Positions 23,275 to 34,704 of a DNA stretch of 45,467 nt are shown in pieces; the stretch's first letter is position 1, and every line of letters starts with the position of its first letter. The position numbers and the translations under genes are program-made. The notes below the pieces were generated by a model. The model was not told where the DNA came from and did no database searches. It saw only the letters and a program-made list of their open reading frames with translations. The stretch is taken from the NCBI RefSeq assembly GCF_001194135.2, contig NC_068985.1:110456049-110501515 (forward strand), read 5' to 3'. The stretch is from Octopus bimaculoides (taxonomy: Eukaryota).

Positions 23275-23365
23275 TTAAGGGCATTACTATACAAGAATGC
23301 CTCACGGTACTTTGACCTTAGAGTCCCTCTTAGTGTGAGGCATTCTTGTATAGTAATGCTCTTAT
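23275..23365. repeat. Short foldback downstream of the CDC50A stop codon
   Basis: Perfect 25-bp inverted repeat GCATTACTATACAAGAATGCCTCAC (23281-305 / 23335-59), extendable. Confidence 0.75.
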
Positions 23366-23509
23366 ATAAATAAATATATTTTGGGGAATAAATGATGGAT
23401 TTTTCCCTTATGAGGTTTTTTTTTCATGCTAGCTACTTGATAAATTCTTATAAAAGAATTCATCCTATCTTGAATTAATTATATATGTATGTGTATATAT
23501 ATGTATGTT

Positions 23510-23552
<43 letters not shown>

Positions 23553-24109
23553 ATATATATATGTATGTATGTGTATATATATATATATGTATGTATATGT
23601 GTGTGTATGCATGTATATATATGTGTGTGTATACAGTATAAATATATTCGATAATATTTTCTGCTTAATGAATTGTAAATATATCTGATATAATGTCTAT
23701 TTTTTTTCTTTCTCTCTCTCTTGTCTCCCGTCTCCATTTGTTCCCACCATTATATAGTGTGAGGTGGCGCTTGTGTTTTACTAGCTACAGAAAGCTGTTT
23801 AACGTTCGTTGCTAAAACAACAAAGTTTAAACACTGGCATTAATAGAAAGAAACCAGTGCTGATGTGAGTCAGGAGAGAACCCCTACCCAGCCCCTTTTT
23901 CCTCCAGAAAACCAAGTGCTCTACAAATGGATTTAAAAAAATGTGTTTTGAAGAGAATACTGACCGATGTTTTAATCCCGATTCTTCTTCTCTGATGATG
24001 GTCAGTGCCTAGAACATATTCATAAAGGAAGAGCCAATGCTAGAAACACTTACGTTCTCTCCCTCTGATCTTTTTTTTTTCCCATCTTTGTTTCTTTTAC
24101 TTTTTTTAA

Positions 24110-24220
24110 CCCATTTATGCATAACAGTTTAATTTTCATTTAACAATCATAATCGATAAATATTTTGTTATGTATAATTTTCTGACTGATCTGTTTGGGG
24201 GAACAAAATGCCTTAATGGG
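24110..24220. mobile_element. Miniature piggyBac-like element (111 bp)
   Basis: TTAA flanks; TIR CCCATTTATGCAT vs CCCATTAAGGCAT. Confidence 0.55.
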
Positions 24221-25692
24221 TTAAGAAATAAAAAAGAAATTTCATTTGAATCGTTATGAAGTTTATAGATCATCCCACTGGAGTTGATTGATCTTGTTGA
24301 ATGTGTTGTTACAAACATGATGGACAAAGTTATTTCCTGTCACCCTTGTAGTTATTGCTGATGAATATGTCTCTATAGACTAGACATATTAAAACATCTT
24401 GACTTTTCCCTCTAATTCCACTTTAGCCATATCACTGTAATTCTCTCTTGTGAAACAGATAATGACTGTTATATTTCTTCTCTTCATGTCATTCCATCCA
24501 TCTCATTCAACGCAGATCTAACTCTGATTCCCACCTATCCATCCACCGCAAGCAGATAAGTCTAAAATAATTTGACAATCGTCTTGCAGTTTGCAGATTC
24601 ACAAGATTCACGCATGTGTCTCATTTTATAGAAAGAACACTAAATTCTACATCATTTCAATTTCTGAGGGATTGGCATAGGATATATAACTGGTACAAGA
24701 AATCTTCTTGGTGAGAGTGGGATTAGCCTGTGATAGTCTTATTTCTAAGATAGTGATTTTTCTCATCCATGTAATATAATGGAACAGAACAGAGTAAACA
24801 AATGGTCTTACAAGATTATCTTTATCTTAATCCTACTTGCTGCCTTGATATCACCGAAAGTTCTGGTTTAAAAAATATTGAAGAAACAAGTATTTTGCAT
24901 TATTTTCCAATGCACTGCTCGAGTTTGTAGTTAGTGCTGGTGACACAAAAAAACAAAGCAGTCAGTACATACTATAAAGTAGTTGGTGTTAGGAAGGGCA
25001 TTCAGTTATAGAAACTAAGTTATAGCTGAGATTAGTGTTTAACATGGCTCTGTGGCTCACTGGTGTGCTTAAGTCCCTTCAGAAACTCTATCTCTCATCT
25101 ATCTATCTATATATATATATATGTATGTAAATGGATAATAAAACGAATGGTTTACACCAGGTAGCTTACTGGTAAAGCACAACCACTTTCAGAGTGATTG
25201 TTAGGTAAATAACAAATGAAAGCCTGTGCCAGTATGGAAAATAAATGTTGATGATGATCTGTTCTTGGAAGGATGGTGGAAACTTAGTCTCCCCAGTCAT
25301 GATATGTTAGTAACCAAATAATAATGGATAGCTTCAGCCAATATGTTGTTCCATTTGGAAGCGACATTAGGTCGGTGAATTAAAAGAACTAGTAGAGCTA
25401 AAGTTAAGATGTCTTACTTATTACACCTTTTAGTAGGATTTTTAAGCTCAAGTATAATGGGGGAGCGGGGGGCTTCAATTTTGCCTTCTATTCTTCCAGA
25501 CTAGGTTATAAACCATTATTTGTATTTTAAGAACCTACCTAATCTCCTCTTCATACATATTTAAAAAAGAAAACATTCCATAGTTCCTGGGGCAGTAACA
25601 TAGCCATCATGTCTGCCACATGGGGCAGGTCTTTAGTTTACTGCATCCCCTCACCCTGGGTCCCATAAGCCTATACAACAGACTCAAAAGTA

Positions 25693-26201
25693 TAGGGTGC
25701 GGCAGAGTAGACGGACGTTTTTGAAAAATTCACAAAATCATTAATTTTAGCTGCAAATAAATTTTATCGACATCAATGTGTTCGTATTGAATTAGCATTT
25801 GTCAGAATCAAGTGTGGAAAACAGCACTCATCATGTAGTGTCTGTTTTCATTGATGCATTTCTGAAGGCATTCTGGAGTCCGTACCATTCGTGGCACTCC
25901 CACCGTTCTCCTATTCATTAATGTACCTCATGTACTAAGTGCATTCACTCAGCGTAAGATTGTGTTACGAGTGAGAACAGCTTGATTTTGGTGAATGTTG
26001 AAGTGGTGCTGAAACTCACGCTAAACTGCTGTGACAGACTCGTTATGCTCTATCGTTCACAGCACCATGGCTTCACCTGAAAAGACATAAAAAAAAATGC
26101 TAAGACACCATGGACTTATTGGTACCTGTTGGACATATGTCCTTCCTTCTGGAGCTGAGTAATAGCCATTTCAAAACGTCTGTCCTCTCTGCCCCACCCT
26201 G
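25693..26201. mobile_element. Tc1/mariner-type MITE (about 509 bp)
   Basis: Degenerate TIRs of about 33 bp, (C/T)AGGGTG(C/G)GGCAGAG..GAC(G/A)GACGTTTT..GAAA, with TA / CA flanks. Confidence 0.7.
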
Positions 26202-26508
26202 CATTACTGTGCTATTGTCTTGAAGTTGGATGAGCATCTGTGTTGTTTGAATTGTGAAATATGACAGTGGAGGTCGACTTTAGTGGGTATCGATTCAGTC
26301 GACCGTGATACTTCTTGGTGTTTGGTATATAGTGTTGCCAACCTTGAAGACGGTCGACATTTCTTAGTTTTTGTCATTGGTGGCGGAAGTTTTCTCAAAT
26401 TGTGATGTTGTGTTTTTTTTCCTTTAAAATATTTTATCGTATTTATTTCTTGGATAATTAAATATTGTTAAATTTTGAAGTTTTCTTTATTTTATTTTTA
26501 TAACTTAA

Positions 26509-26767
26509 CACTAGAAGTACCAAGCAGTCATTTATGATTGCTTTTGCTTTCTACTTTTTAGTTTCTATTACTACTGAATGCGCAATCATTAACATCATTT
26601 CAGATATATGTGTGTATATATATTTTTGTACATAAATAAATTGTTCAAATTCTTTATTCACTGCATTAGCTTACATTTAAAATAAATTGTATTAAAGATT
26701 TTCAATGTCGGTCAAAAATGACCACTATGGTCCTTGTAGGAAGTCAGAAATGTTGGTACTTCTAGTG
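26509..26767. mobile_element. piggyBac-type MITE (259 bp)
   Basis: TTAA on both sides; perfect 15-bp TIR CACTAGAAGTACCAA. Confidence 0.8.
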
Positions 26768-28995
26768 TTAAATGATTATGATTCCATCAATTGTGCAGGT
26801 GTAGCTGTGAGGTTAAGAAGCTTTCTTCTTGGTCACATGGTTTCAGTTTCAATCCCCTTGTGTGTAGTACTTTGGGCTATTGCTTTCTACTATAACTCCA
26901 GGCTGACCAAAATCTTGTAAGTAGACTTGGTAACAGAAAGAGCAAGTGTCTTCTAAAATAGCAATAGGTCAACCAAAGCTTTGAATATGGTTTGGTAGAT
27001 GGAAACTGAAAGAAGCCTTTCTTTTTGTCATTGTCATTTAATGTCCACTTTTCCATGCTTGATGGCTCAGCTAGCATTTTGAGGAAGATTTTCTATAGTT
27101 AGCTGCCATTTTTGTAATCAACCCTCACCTGTTTCCAAGCAAGGTAATATTTCTCCATGGATGACTGGAAACCTTTCTGGTGTGACAGCAATGCTTGTTT
27201 ATAATCATTATATGATGTCAATATAAAGGGATACACTAACAAACACATACAATGAGCTTTCAGTTTCCTCCAACAAAATCAACTCAAGAGGTTTTCATCA
27301 GTGTGGAGCTATAAAAGATGCTTGCCCAAGGCGCCACACACTAGGACTGAGCCTGAAACCATTTGGTTGGGAAGTAACTTATCACCACAGCCACACTAAT
27401 GCTTATTATCATCATTATCGTTATTTATTTTCCATGCTGACATGGGTTGGATACATTGTGGTGTCCACTTGTAATCTTCAATGAAAACATTTCGGCGTGG
27501 TAAGTATCATCTTTCTTGAAAACAGGTGGGGATTGACAGAAAATTTGTCTAAACAAATTCGTTCCGATCCATGCAAGCATGGAAAAATAGGTGTTAAAAC
27601 AACAGGTACTCCATCAGTTACAACAAGAATTCCAGTTGATTCAATCAACAGAACAGCCTGCTTGTTAAATTAACATTCAAGTGGCTGAGCACTCCACAGA
27701 CATGCATATCCTTAACATAGTTCTCAGAGATTCAGTGTGACAAAATATGACAAGGCTGGCCCTTTGAATTACAGGTAGAACTCACTTTTGCTAGCTGAGT
27801 GAACTGAATGTGAAATAAAGTGTCTTGCTCAAGAACACGAAGTACCAAAGATTGTGTTCATGAACTTATAATCATGAGCTGACAACTCAAAACAACTAAG
27901 TCACACACATTCATAGTGTTAAAGCAATGATAATGTTGACATTTAGTGACCAGTTCCAGTTTAAAAATACTCCAAAATAGAGAGAATGGTTTTGAATCTA
28001 TTCAGATGAAATCTATGGAAAAATAATGCTATCATCATCATCATCGTTTAACGTCCGCTTTCCATGCTAGCATAGGTTGGACGATTTGACTGAGGACTGG
28101 TGAACCAGATGGCTGCACCAGGCTCCAATNNNNNNNNNNGATTTGACTGAGGACTGGTGAACCAGATGGCTGCACCAGGCTCCAATCTGATTTGGCAGAG
28201 TTTCTATAGCTGGATGCCCTTCCTAACATCAACCACTCCAAGAGTGTAGTGGGTGTTTTTACGTGCCACCGGCACGAGGGCCAGTCAGGTGGTACTGGCA
28301 ACAACCTCGCTCGAATGTTTTTTCACGTGCCAGTAAGACGATGCTGGTAACGATCATGCTCAAATGGTGCTATTTACATGCCACTTGCATGGAAGCCAGA
28401 CAGCTGCTCTGGCATTGATCACACTCGGACGGTGCTGTTAGCGCTCAACTGGCACGGGTGCCAGTCATAGAATTTGGTTCAATTAAGATTTCGATTTCAC
28501 TTGCCCCAACAGGTCTTCGCAAGCAGAGTTTAGTGTCCAATGAAGGAGAGGTTGGCATAACAATTACAAAACAAAAGAAATGAAACCCAAGATTGTAATG
28601 ATAATTATTCTAAAATATTTATTGTTAATTAAACCCAGCAGCTGTTGAGGGTGGAGGTTGAGCAATATTGATGTTTGCATTTTAAGTGTTTAGCTACATC
28701 TGCATGAAGGATCAACCTTTGAAGTTCTTGAGCCAAAGGGGAAAGCGCTTACATAGTTGCTTGACCTGCTAGAAATAGTAGCTAAACAATTCAGATCATA
28801 CCCTATCGTCATAAATAAGGCAAGGACATATCAGATTATGTTAACATTATGCTGAAATGTCTTTATCATAGATGGACTTGATCAGAACTCAAAACCACAA
28901 CAACACTGAAGGCTTTGTATGTAATATGTAATATGAACAATAACAAACACAGATTCAAAAGTCCAATGTTGTTCCCTCTTACCATTAGCAAATTG

Positions 28996-29088
28996 TCAGA
29001 CTGCAATGATTTCTTTAACAGCAATTCTAGAGACAACAGCATCGACAAGGTTACCAATGTTTAATTCGTCAGCCGTAACTTTGTACAT
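28996..29088 (-). CDS. TPRKB: TPRKB exon 4 (MYKVTADELNIGNLVDAVVSRIAVKEIIAV-stop)
   Basis: Acceptor TTTACTTGCAG; matches the CGI-121 C-terminus (cf. human IYKL..E..IGTLLDAIICRMSTKD). Confidence 0.93.
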   Translation of the reverse strand: MYKVTADELNIGNLVDAVVSRIAVKEIIAV

Positions 29089-32000
29089 CTGCAAGTAAAC
29101 AACAAAATGAATGTATAATCTATTCTTTACTACAGTGTATTAATGATACTTAGATTATTAATAACAGCAATAAGTATTTTATACAGTCCAGTAATAACTA
29201 AACACCATCTATCATAGTCATGTACTAACTACAACTGTCTAACACAGGGGTTTTCAAACTGTGGTCCGCAAGGACAAGACAGGGGGTCCGTGGACAGCAA
29301 ATACTTTTTATGGGCAATTTGATTTTATATATGTTTTTTTAATCGAAATCTTTTAATTGACAATAAACCTATTTGTTAAATACTGTTAAATAAATAAATG
29401 TAAAAATATGTCATTTTAAGCAAATATTTATGTATAAATTTCATAAGCGTTTATAAGGGGGTTCCTAAGGTAAAGCCTGAAATATAAAGGGGTCCGCAAG
29501 TCAAAAAGTTAAAAAACCCCTGGTCTAACACATTCAACACTTGCTAAACACTGCTGTGTAATCATCATCATCATCATCATTTAACATAGGTCTGATGGTT
29601 TAATTGGAGCTGCAAGCCAGAGAACTGCACCAGGCTCCAATCATCTGTTTCGGCCCTTCCTAATGCCAGCCACTTTACATAGTGTACTGGGTGTATTTTA
29701 TGTGTCACCAACATGGGCACCCTTTACCTGTCACTAGCACAGGCCCCCTGTATGTGTCACAGACATGAGTTTCCTCTACGTGTCACCAGCATAGGTGCTT
29801 TTTACATATCACTGGTACTGGCAACCACCAAGATTCATTTAGCTTGATGTATCTTCTCAAGCACAGCAAATCGCCAGAACCAGGAGATATTCTCTTGGAG
29901 TTAAAAAATGGTAATAATATTGAAGTGGCAACAAACATTATTTTTCAGTATTGTTACTACTTACATCTCTTATAGAGTTTTTAGAACTAGCTACTTTGCT
30001 TAATAACATCTCTTATCCAGATAGGAGCAGGAGTGGCTGTGTGGTAGGTAGCTTGCTTACCAACCACATGGTTCCGGGTTCAGTCCCACAGCGTGGCATC
30101 TTGGGCAAGTGTCTTCTACTATAGCCTCGGGCCGACCAAAGCCTTGTGAGTGGATTTGGTAAATGGAAACTAGAAGAAGCCTGTCGTATATATGTATATA
30201 TATATGTGTGTGTGTATATGTTTGTGTGTCTGTGTTTGTCCCCCAACATCGCTTGACAACCGATGCTGGTGTGTTTATGTCCCTGTAACTTAGAAGTTTG
30301 GCAAAAGAGAACGATAGAATAAGTACTAGGCTTACAAAGAATAAGTCCTGGGGTCGATTTGCTCGACTAAAGGCGGTGCTCCAGCATGGCCGCAGTCAAA
30401 ATGACTGAAACAAGTAAAAGAGTAATCTAGTAAAATAACTTGGTTATCATTAAGCTGGTGTTAGGAACGTAAATTGTGACTAAGGTTTGGCAGAAGATTT
30501 TAATTCAAAACTTATGAAAACAAGACATTTGTACTACAAAGCCAGAGCCAGTTTCAGCCGGGTTGGTAACGAAAGAGTTATTAAATATAAATAGCGGTGA
30601 TATGGTTCACTAGATTCACTCACCTTCTTTATTTCTGTTTCATCAGAGAATTGAGGAAGCAAGGAGACCGAGACTAAGTCCCCTTTGATCTTTGTGTTCA
30701 TCTGTGTCAGGACAGTGTGGTTGACATCATCAACGATGGCTGTGAATAATGTATTGTCTTTGTCACCAACACCAAACTTACGGAAGGAATCAGAAATCTG
30801 AAATATATAAAACATAATAAACATAGGCGCAGGAGTGGCTGGCTGTATGCTAAGAAGCTTGCTTCCCAACCACATGGTTCTGGGTTCAGTCCCACTGCAA
30901 GGCACCTTGGGCAAGTGTCGTCTACTGTAGCCTCAGGATTGCCAAAGCCTTGTGAGTGGATTTGGTAGATGAAAAATTGAAAGAAGCCCGTCATATATAT
31001 GTGTATTTATATATATTCCCCCACACCACATTATAACACCTTCCAGTTACTGTGGCAGATGAACTTGAAATGAACTCAACCACATCATACTACAACATAT
31101 TCTCAAACTGGACTTACCCCTTTCAAAGGAGACAGGCAATACAGTATCTCAGAATGAATGTTTTTGGTAATCATCTTCTTAGTACGTCTGTGATGAAGAG
31201 CCTTGTGTGCGGCTGTGAGGACTTGGAATGGGTCGTGAATCTGAAAATGAAAACAAATTTTTTTTTCAGTTTCATCGAAGAACAATAAAGTAAGATAAAA
31301 TGTCTTTTTTTTATCTTTTACTTGTTTCAGCCATTAGACTGTGGCCATGCTGGGGCACTGCCTCGAAGAAGCTCAGTCGAACAAATTGACCCTAGTACTA
31401 ATTTTGCTTTTTGTAAGACCAGCCAAGGAAGATGATATGCAGGGTTGACCTTGACGGAATATGAGCTCAGAACTTAAGAGACCCCAAAAAAATGTCACAA
31501 AGCATTTTGTCTGAGGCTCTACTGATTCTGACACCTCTCCACCTAAATAAATAATAAATAATTAATAATAATAATAATGATAATCCTTTCTACTATAGGC
31601 ACAAGGCCTGAAATTTGGGCGAGGGAGATAGTCAATTAGATCGAACCAGTATACAACTGGTACTTCATTTATCGACCCTGAAAGGATAAAAGGGACTTTA
31701 TGTTAAGATGTGCACATAAAGTGTGACATCACGAGTTCGTGATGTATCAAATATGCAAAGTAGTGGCTGTGCTCTGTGTTATGTCATAATTAACAGTGTT
31801 AGTGGTTTTCCTGCGTTTATTGGTTTTGCTGTTCTTGTTGATGATGATGCCATTGTCAGAGCTGCTTTTGTTGCTGGCCATTGCTGGTTTCGTTGTTGTT
31901 GCTGTTGAGGCTTTTGGGGACCTGGTGTTGGCAGTAAGGGACTTCCATAGTTCCCTGTCTTCTGTTGGGGACAGAAGGCTCCCAAGCGTCCATCATTCCA

Positions 32001-34704
32001 CACAGTTGGCACTATGGCCTTCTATCCTCAACTGTAACATGTAATTTTTCCCTTCCTGGAAGACGAACGAGATCCAGGATCTTGTGAATAACTTCTGGTT
32101 GAATATGGAGGAGCATCTCCACATTGGTCTCAGACCAATTTTCACGTCGTGTCCTCTTCACTTCCAGGAGGCTGTTGCTCCTTTCCAAAATGATCGCTGC
32201 CAGAATCCACCACAGGTTTACCTCTGGTGGTATCCCTGTGATCTTTATGCACCCCATCCTCCTTTCTAAATAGGATGGATGGTGCACATATCCTTCACTC
32301 CAACAAGGAACCACAGAGTGTTTGGTGGTCAGAGCTTCAGATTTAAAGAACACTGAAATGCCTGCAGAATGTCTGGAATTATTTCTGTCAGTGCCCTTTC
32401 CACATCCGCCTGGCTTGCCATCTCTGGCCACTTCATGTTTATGGTGACGCAGTTTTCTTTGTTTCTGCCAACACTTCGTGGGGGATAGCAATATCCTCTC
32501 GCACCTTCTCCAGCCTTATTAATTTAGCTACCTCAACTACACACGTCTTTCTGAAGCAGATCCATACAAAAAAAAATTCCTTACTTTTGGCTGCTGTTGC
32601 AGCAAATGAATTGTTGATATTGTTGTCATATATTTATTCGTTGTAATGATGGCAGTGGCGGAGTTGGTTGTTGTCGAGATATTGTTACTATGTGGTGTCA
32701 TTAGTTTATTCGTTGTAGTGGTGGTGGTGGTGGTGGAGTCAGTTGTAGTTGTGGTACTGATACTATGCGCTGTCTTTTGGACTGGAGGCAATTCAGCTTC
32801 ATTGTTTCTTATGTTGCTGAATTTGTTGCCACTTATTGCATGTGAATTTGAACCACTGTGTGCTCGTCACCTCTTCTATTTGCAGGAAATAGGCGGAGAG
32901 CATTGCAGCATCTTGCACCTCTTTATGTGAAGCATATCTCACCTCCACTTCTATGATTTCAACAAGCCTGACTTCATTGTTTTTTTTTTTTTACTTTAAA
33001 ATTAANNNNNNNNNNAACCAATGCAAAGGTGCTGTTTTAGTTAAACGTTTAGTAACAAAATATGTAATTGATAACTTTTGGGACAATCAATCGTTTTGAG
33101 TGTCATGTCGCATTTTAAACTTGAGAAAAGCCTTGAATATTTATAATGTGCAAGTTATGTATGTATGTATGTATGCATTTTTGTGCATGAAGTGTATGCG
33201 GCTAGGGTTCGTTCTTACCTATGTCATTTTATATAAATTTCCCAGAAGAAAATGAAGTCGACGCCGAAAAAGCCGTATTAGTGATAATATTTCATGTGTT
33301 TACAGTTGACAACACGTGCTGTCAAGCACACGGAAACTAACGAACGAATTTTGACAAGTCTGAGACTCAAAACGATTGAATGCCACTTTTGGAAACATAA
33401 ATTTAGAGTAAAAACTTACTTGCATTTCGTCAAGACGAATAATGATAATAATAGAAATGATAATATTTTCTATTGTAAACATTATTCGGCCTCAGGTATT
33501 GGAGAAGAATATATAAACGATTACAAAGACATATTGTACTATAATTACTCATAGTTCAATATTTCATGGACGGAGGTAAAGAATATGCACACCACCCGTT
33601 TTCGGCGTAACCCTAACCCTAATTGGGTGTGCGTTTTCTTTACCTTCGTCATTTTATGAATCCTGCAAGGAAATATAGAAACCGACCATAGTGTTGAGAA
33701 ATGCTAAGTGTGATATCTCTAGCGAATGAACAATTTATAAATAGATGCATTGTTTGGAATGCGAATATGAAAGACGTATTTTTAATTTTAGTCCGACATT
33801 CTTCGGTCAAACTAAAGGGTTTGACCCGGTGGGAAATAAAAAAATAAAATATTCTTATAGGTGTAAAACAACTTGCTGGGAACGAATATGAAGAAAAAAA
33901 AAACGCGCGCTCGCGAACGGGGAGGGGGAGCCCTTGGACCATTCACATCCTGAATGTTCCNNNNNNNNNNNNNNNNNNNNNNNNNNNNNNNNNNNNNNNN
34001 NNNNNNNNNNNNNNNNNNNNNNNNNNNNNNNNNNNNNNNNNNNNNNNNNNNNNNNNNNNNNNNNNNNNNNNNNNNNNNNNNNNNNNNNNNNNNNNNNNNN
34101 NNNNNNNNNNNNNNNNNNNNNNNNNNNNNNNNNNNNNNNNNNNNNNNNNNNNNNNNNNNNNNNNNNNNNNNNNNNNNNNNNNNNNNNNNNNNNNNNNNNN
34201 NACGGAGGTAAAGAATATGCACACCACCCGTTTTCGGCGTAACCCTAACCCTAAAAACGTATTCATTTGCACACGCGGGTTAGGGTTAGGGTTAGGATCG
34301 ACCACTCAAGACTAGCTAGCGCTGACGCGCGACTGCGCATTCGGGTCCGCGCTGCTTTAGTAGTACCCAAAAGAAAAATAGTGTAATAGATGTAAAACGA
34401 CTTGCTCTGTTGAGAATATTTTATTTCTTTATTTCCCACGGGGTCAAACCCTTTAGTTTGACCCATTCTTCAGTCCTAACGATAAAAATAAAGACTATTA
34501 AACGGTGGTTACCATAGACGTCTTTAAGAGCGCAGCTTCAATTTCTCCGTTCATCACAGACTGTCGTACTTCTTTCATATTACCAACGTTGTTATACAGT
34601 GCAAATGTAACATGACCTCCTCCTTGTATGTTGATAGTGACCACATTCGATGAGATATCACCAGCATCAGATGCTGGAACAGCCGGAACATTCGTCTCAG
34701 CCAT
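28996..34704 (-). CDS. TPRKB: EKC/KEOPS complex subunit CGI-121/TPRKB; complement join(34513-34704,31118-31240,30624-30797,28996-29088) = 193 aa
   Basis: Translation (HVTFALYNNVGNMKEVRQSVMNGEIEAALLKTSM-IHDPFQVLTAAHKA...KMITKNIHSEILYCLSP..ISDSFRKFG...EIKKMYK...LVDAVVSRIAVKE) aligns by eye with human TPRKB motifs DPFQILVAANKA, TEIIFNLSP, ISEALKKFG. All introns are GT-AG, phase 0. Confidence 0.95.
29245..29522 (+). mobile_element. hAT-Charlie-type MITE copy 3 (278 bp), TPRKB intron 3
   Basis: Same TIRs; perfect TSD GTCTAACA. Confidence 0.92.
30023..30424 (+). mobile_element. tRNA-derived SINE family A, near full length; other copies near 5958-6320, 10660-11020, 13214-13525, 26800-27020, 30825-31010, 36173-36540, 41324-41990 (+) and 3440-3803, 15670-15840, 16360-16570, 27230-27400, 43010-43580 (-)
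   Basis: A-box/B-box-like head (TGGCTGTGTGG...GGTTCAGTCCC), central (TA)n(TG)n, tail AAACAAGTAAAAGAGT. Resembles octopus OK/OR-type SINEs; exact family not verifiable here. Confidence 0.88.
30624..30797 (-). CDS. TPRKB: TPRKB exon 3 (58 codons)
   Basis: Acceptor ATTTCAG, donor GTGAGT; ISDSFRKFG motif. Confidence 0.95.
31118..31240 (-). CDS. TPRKB: TPRKB exon 2 (41 codons)
   Basis: Acceptor TTTTCAG, donor GTAAGT; DPFQVL motif. Confidence 0.95.
31790..32500 (-). pseudogene. Decayed ORF1 (gag-like, RRM + CCHC knuckle) of an L1/Tx1-like non-LTR retrotransposon in TPRKB intron 1
   Basis: 159-aa ORF ends IKITGIPPEVNLWW...LHVTVEDRRP-stop, then CQLCG and, frameshifted, GRLGAFCP, a broken CX2CX4HX4C, followed by a low-complexity Q/T-rich tail. 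Confidence 0.6.
33570..33649. repeat. 80-bp hairpin element with TAACCCTAACCCTAA in the loop
   Basis: 24-bp arms, 21/24 complementary (33570-93 / 33626-49). Confidence 0.7.
33805..34463. mobile_element. Merlin-like MITE copy 2 (659 bp including a 241-N gap), TPRKB intron 1
   Basis: Same TIRs; perfect 8-bp TSD CATTCTTC (33797-33804 / 34464-34471). Confidence 0.85.
34513..34704 (-). CDS. TPRKB: TPRKB exon 1 (64 codons)
   Basis: ATG at 34704 (CACATGG), donor ATG|GTAACC. Confidence 0.92.

Noticed and set aside
23991-24068. TGATGA...CTGA, box C/D snoRNA-like
   Set aside because: Imperfect C box, no terminal stem, not intronic.
28083-28186. 47-bp direct repeat
   Set aside because: Same artefact around a 10-N gap.
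32537-32930. Thr-rich / Val-rich ORFs
   Set aside because: Low-complexity (CAA/ACC)n tract read on both strands.
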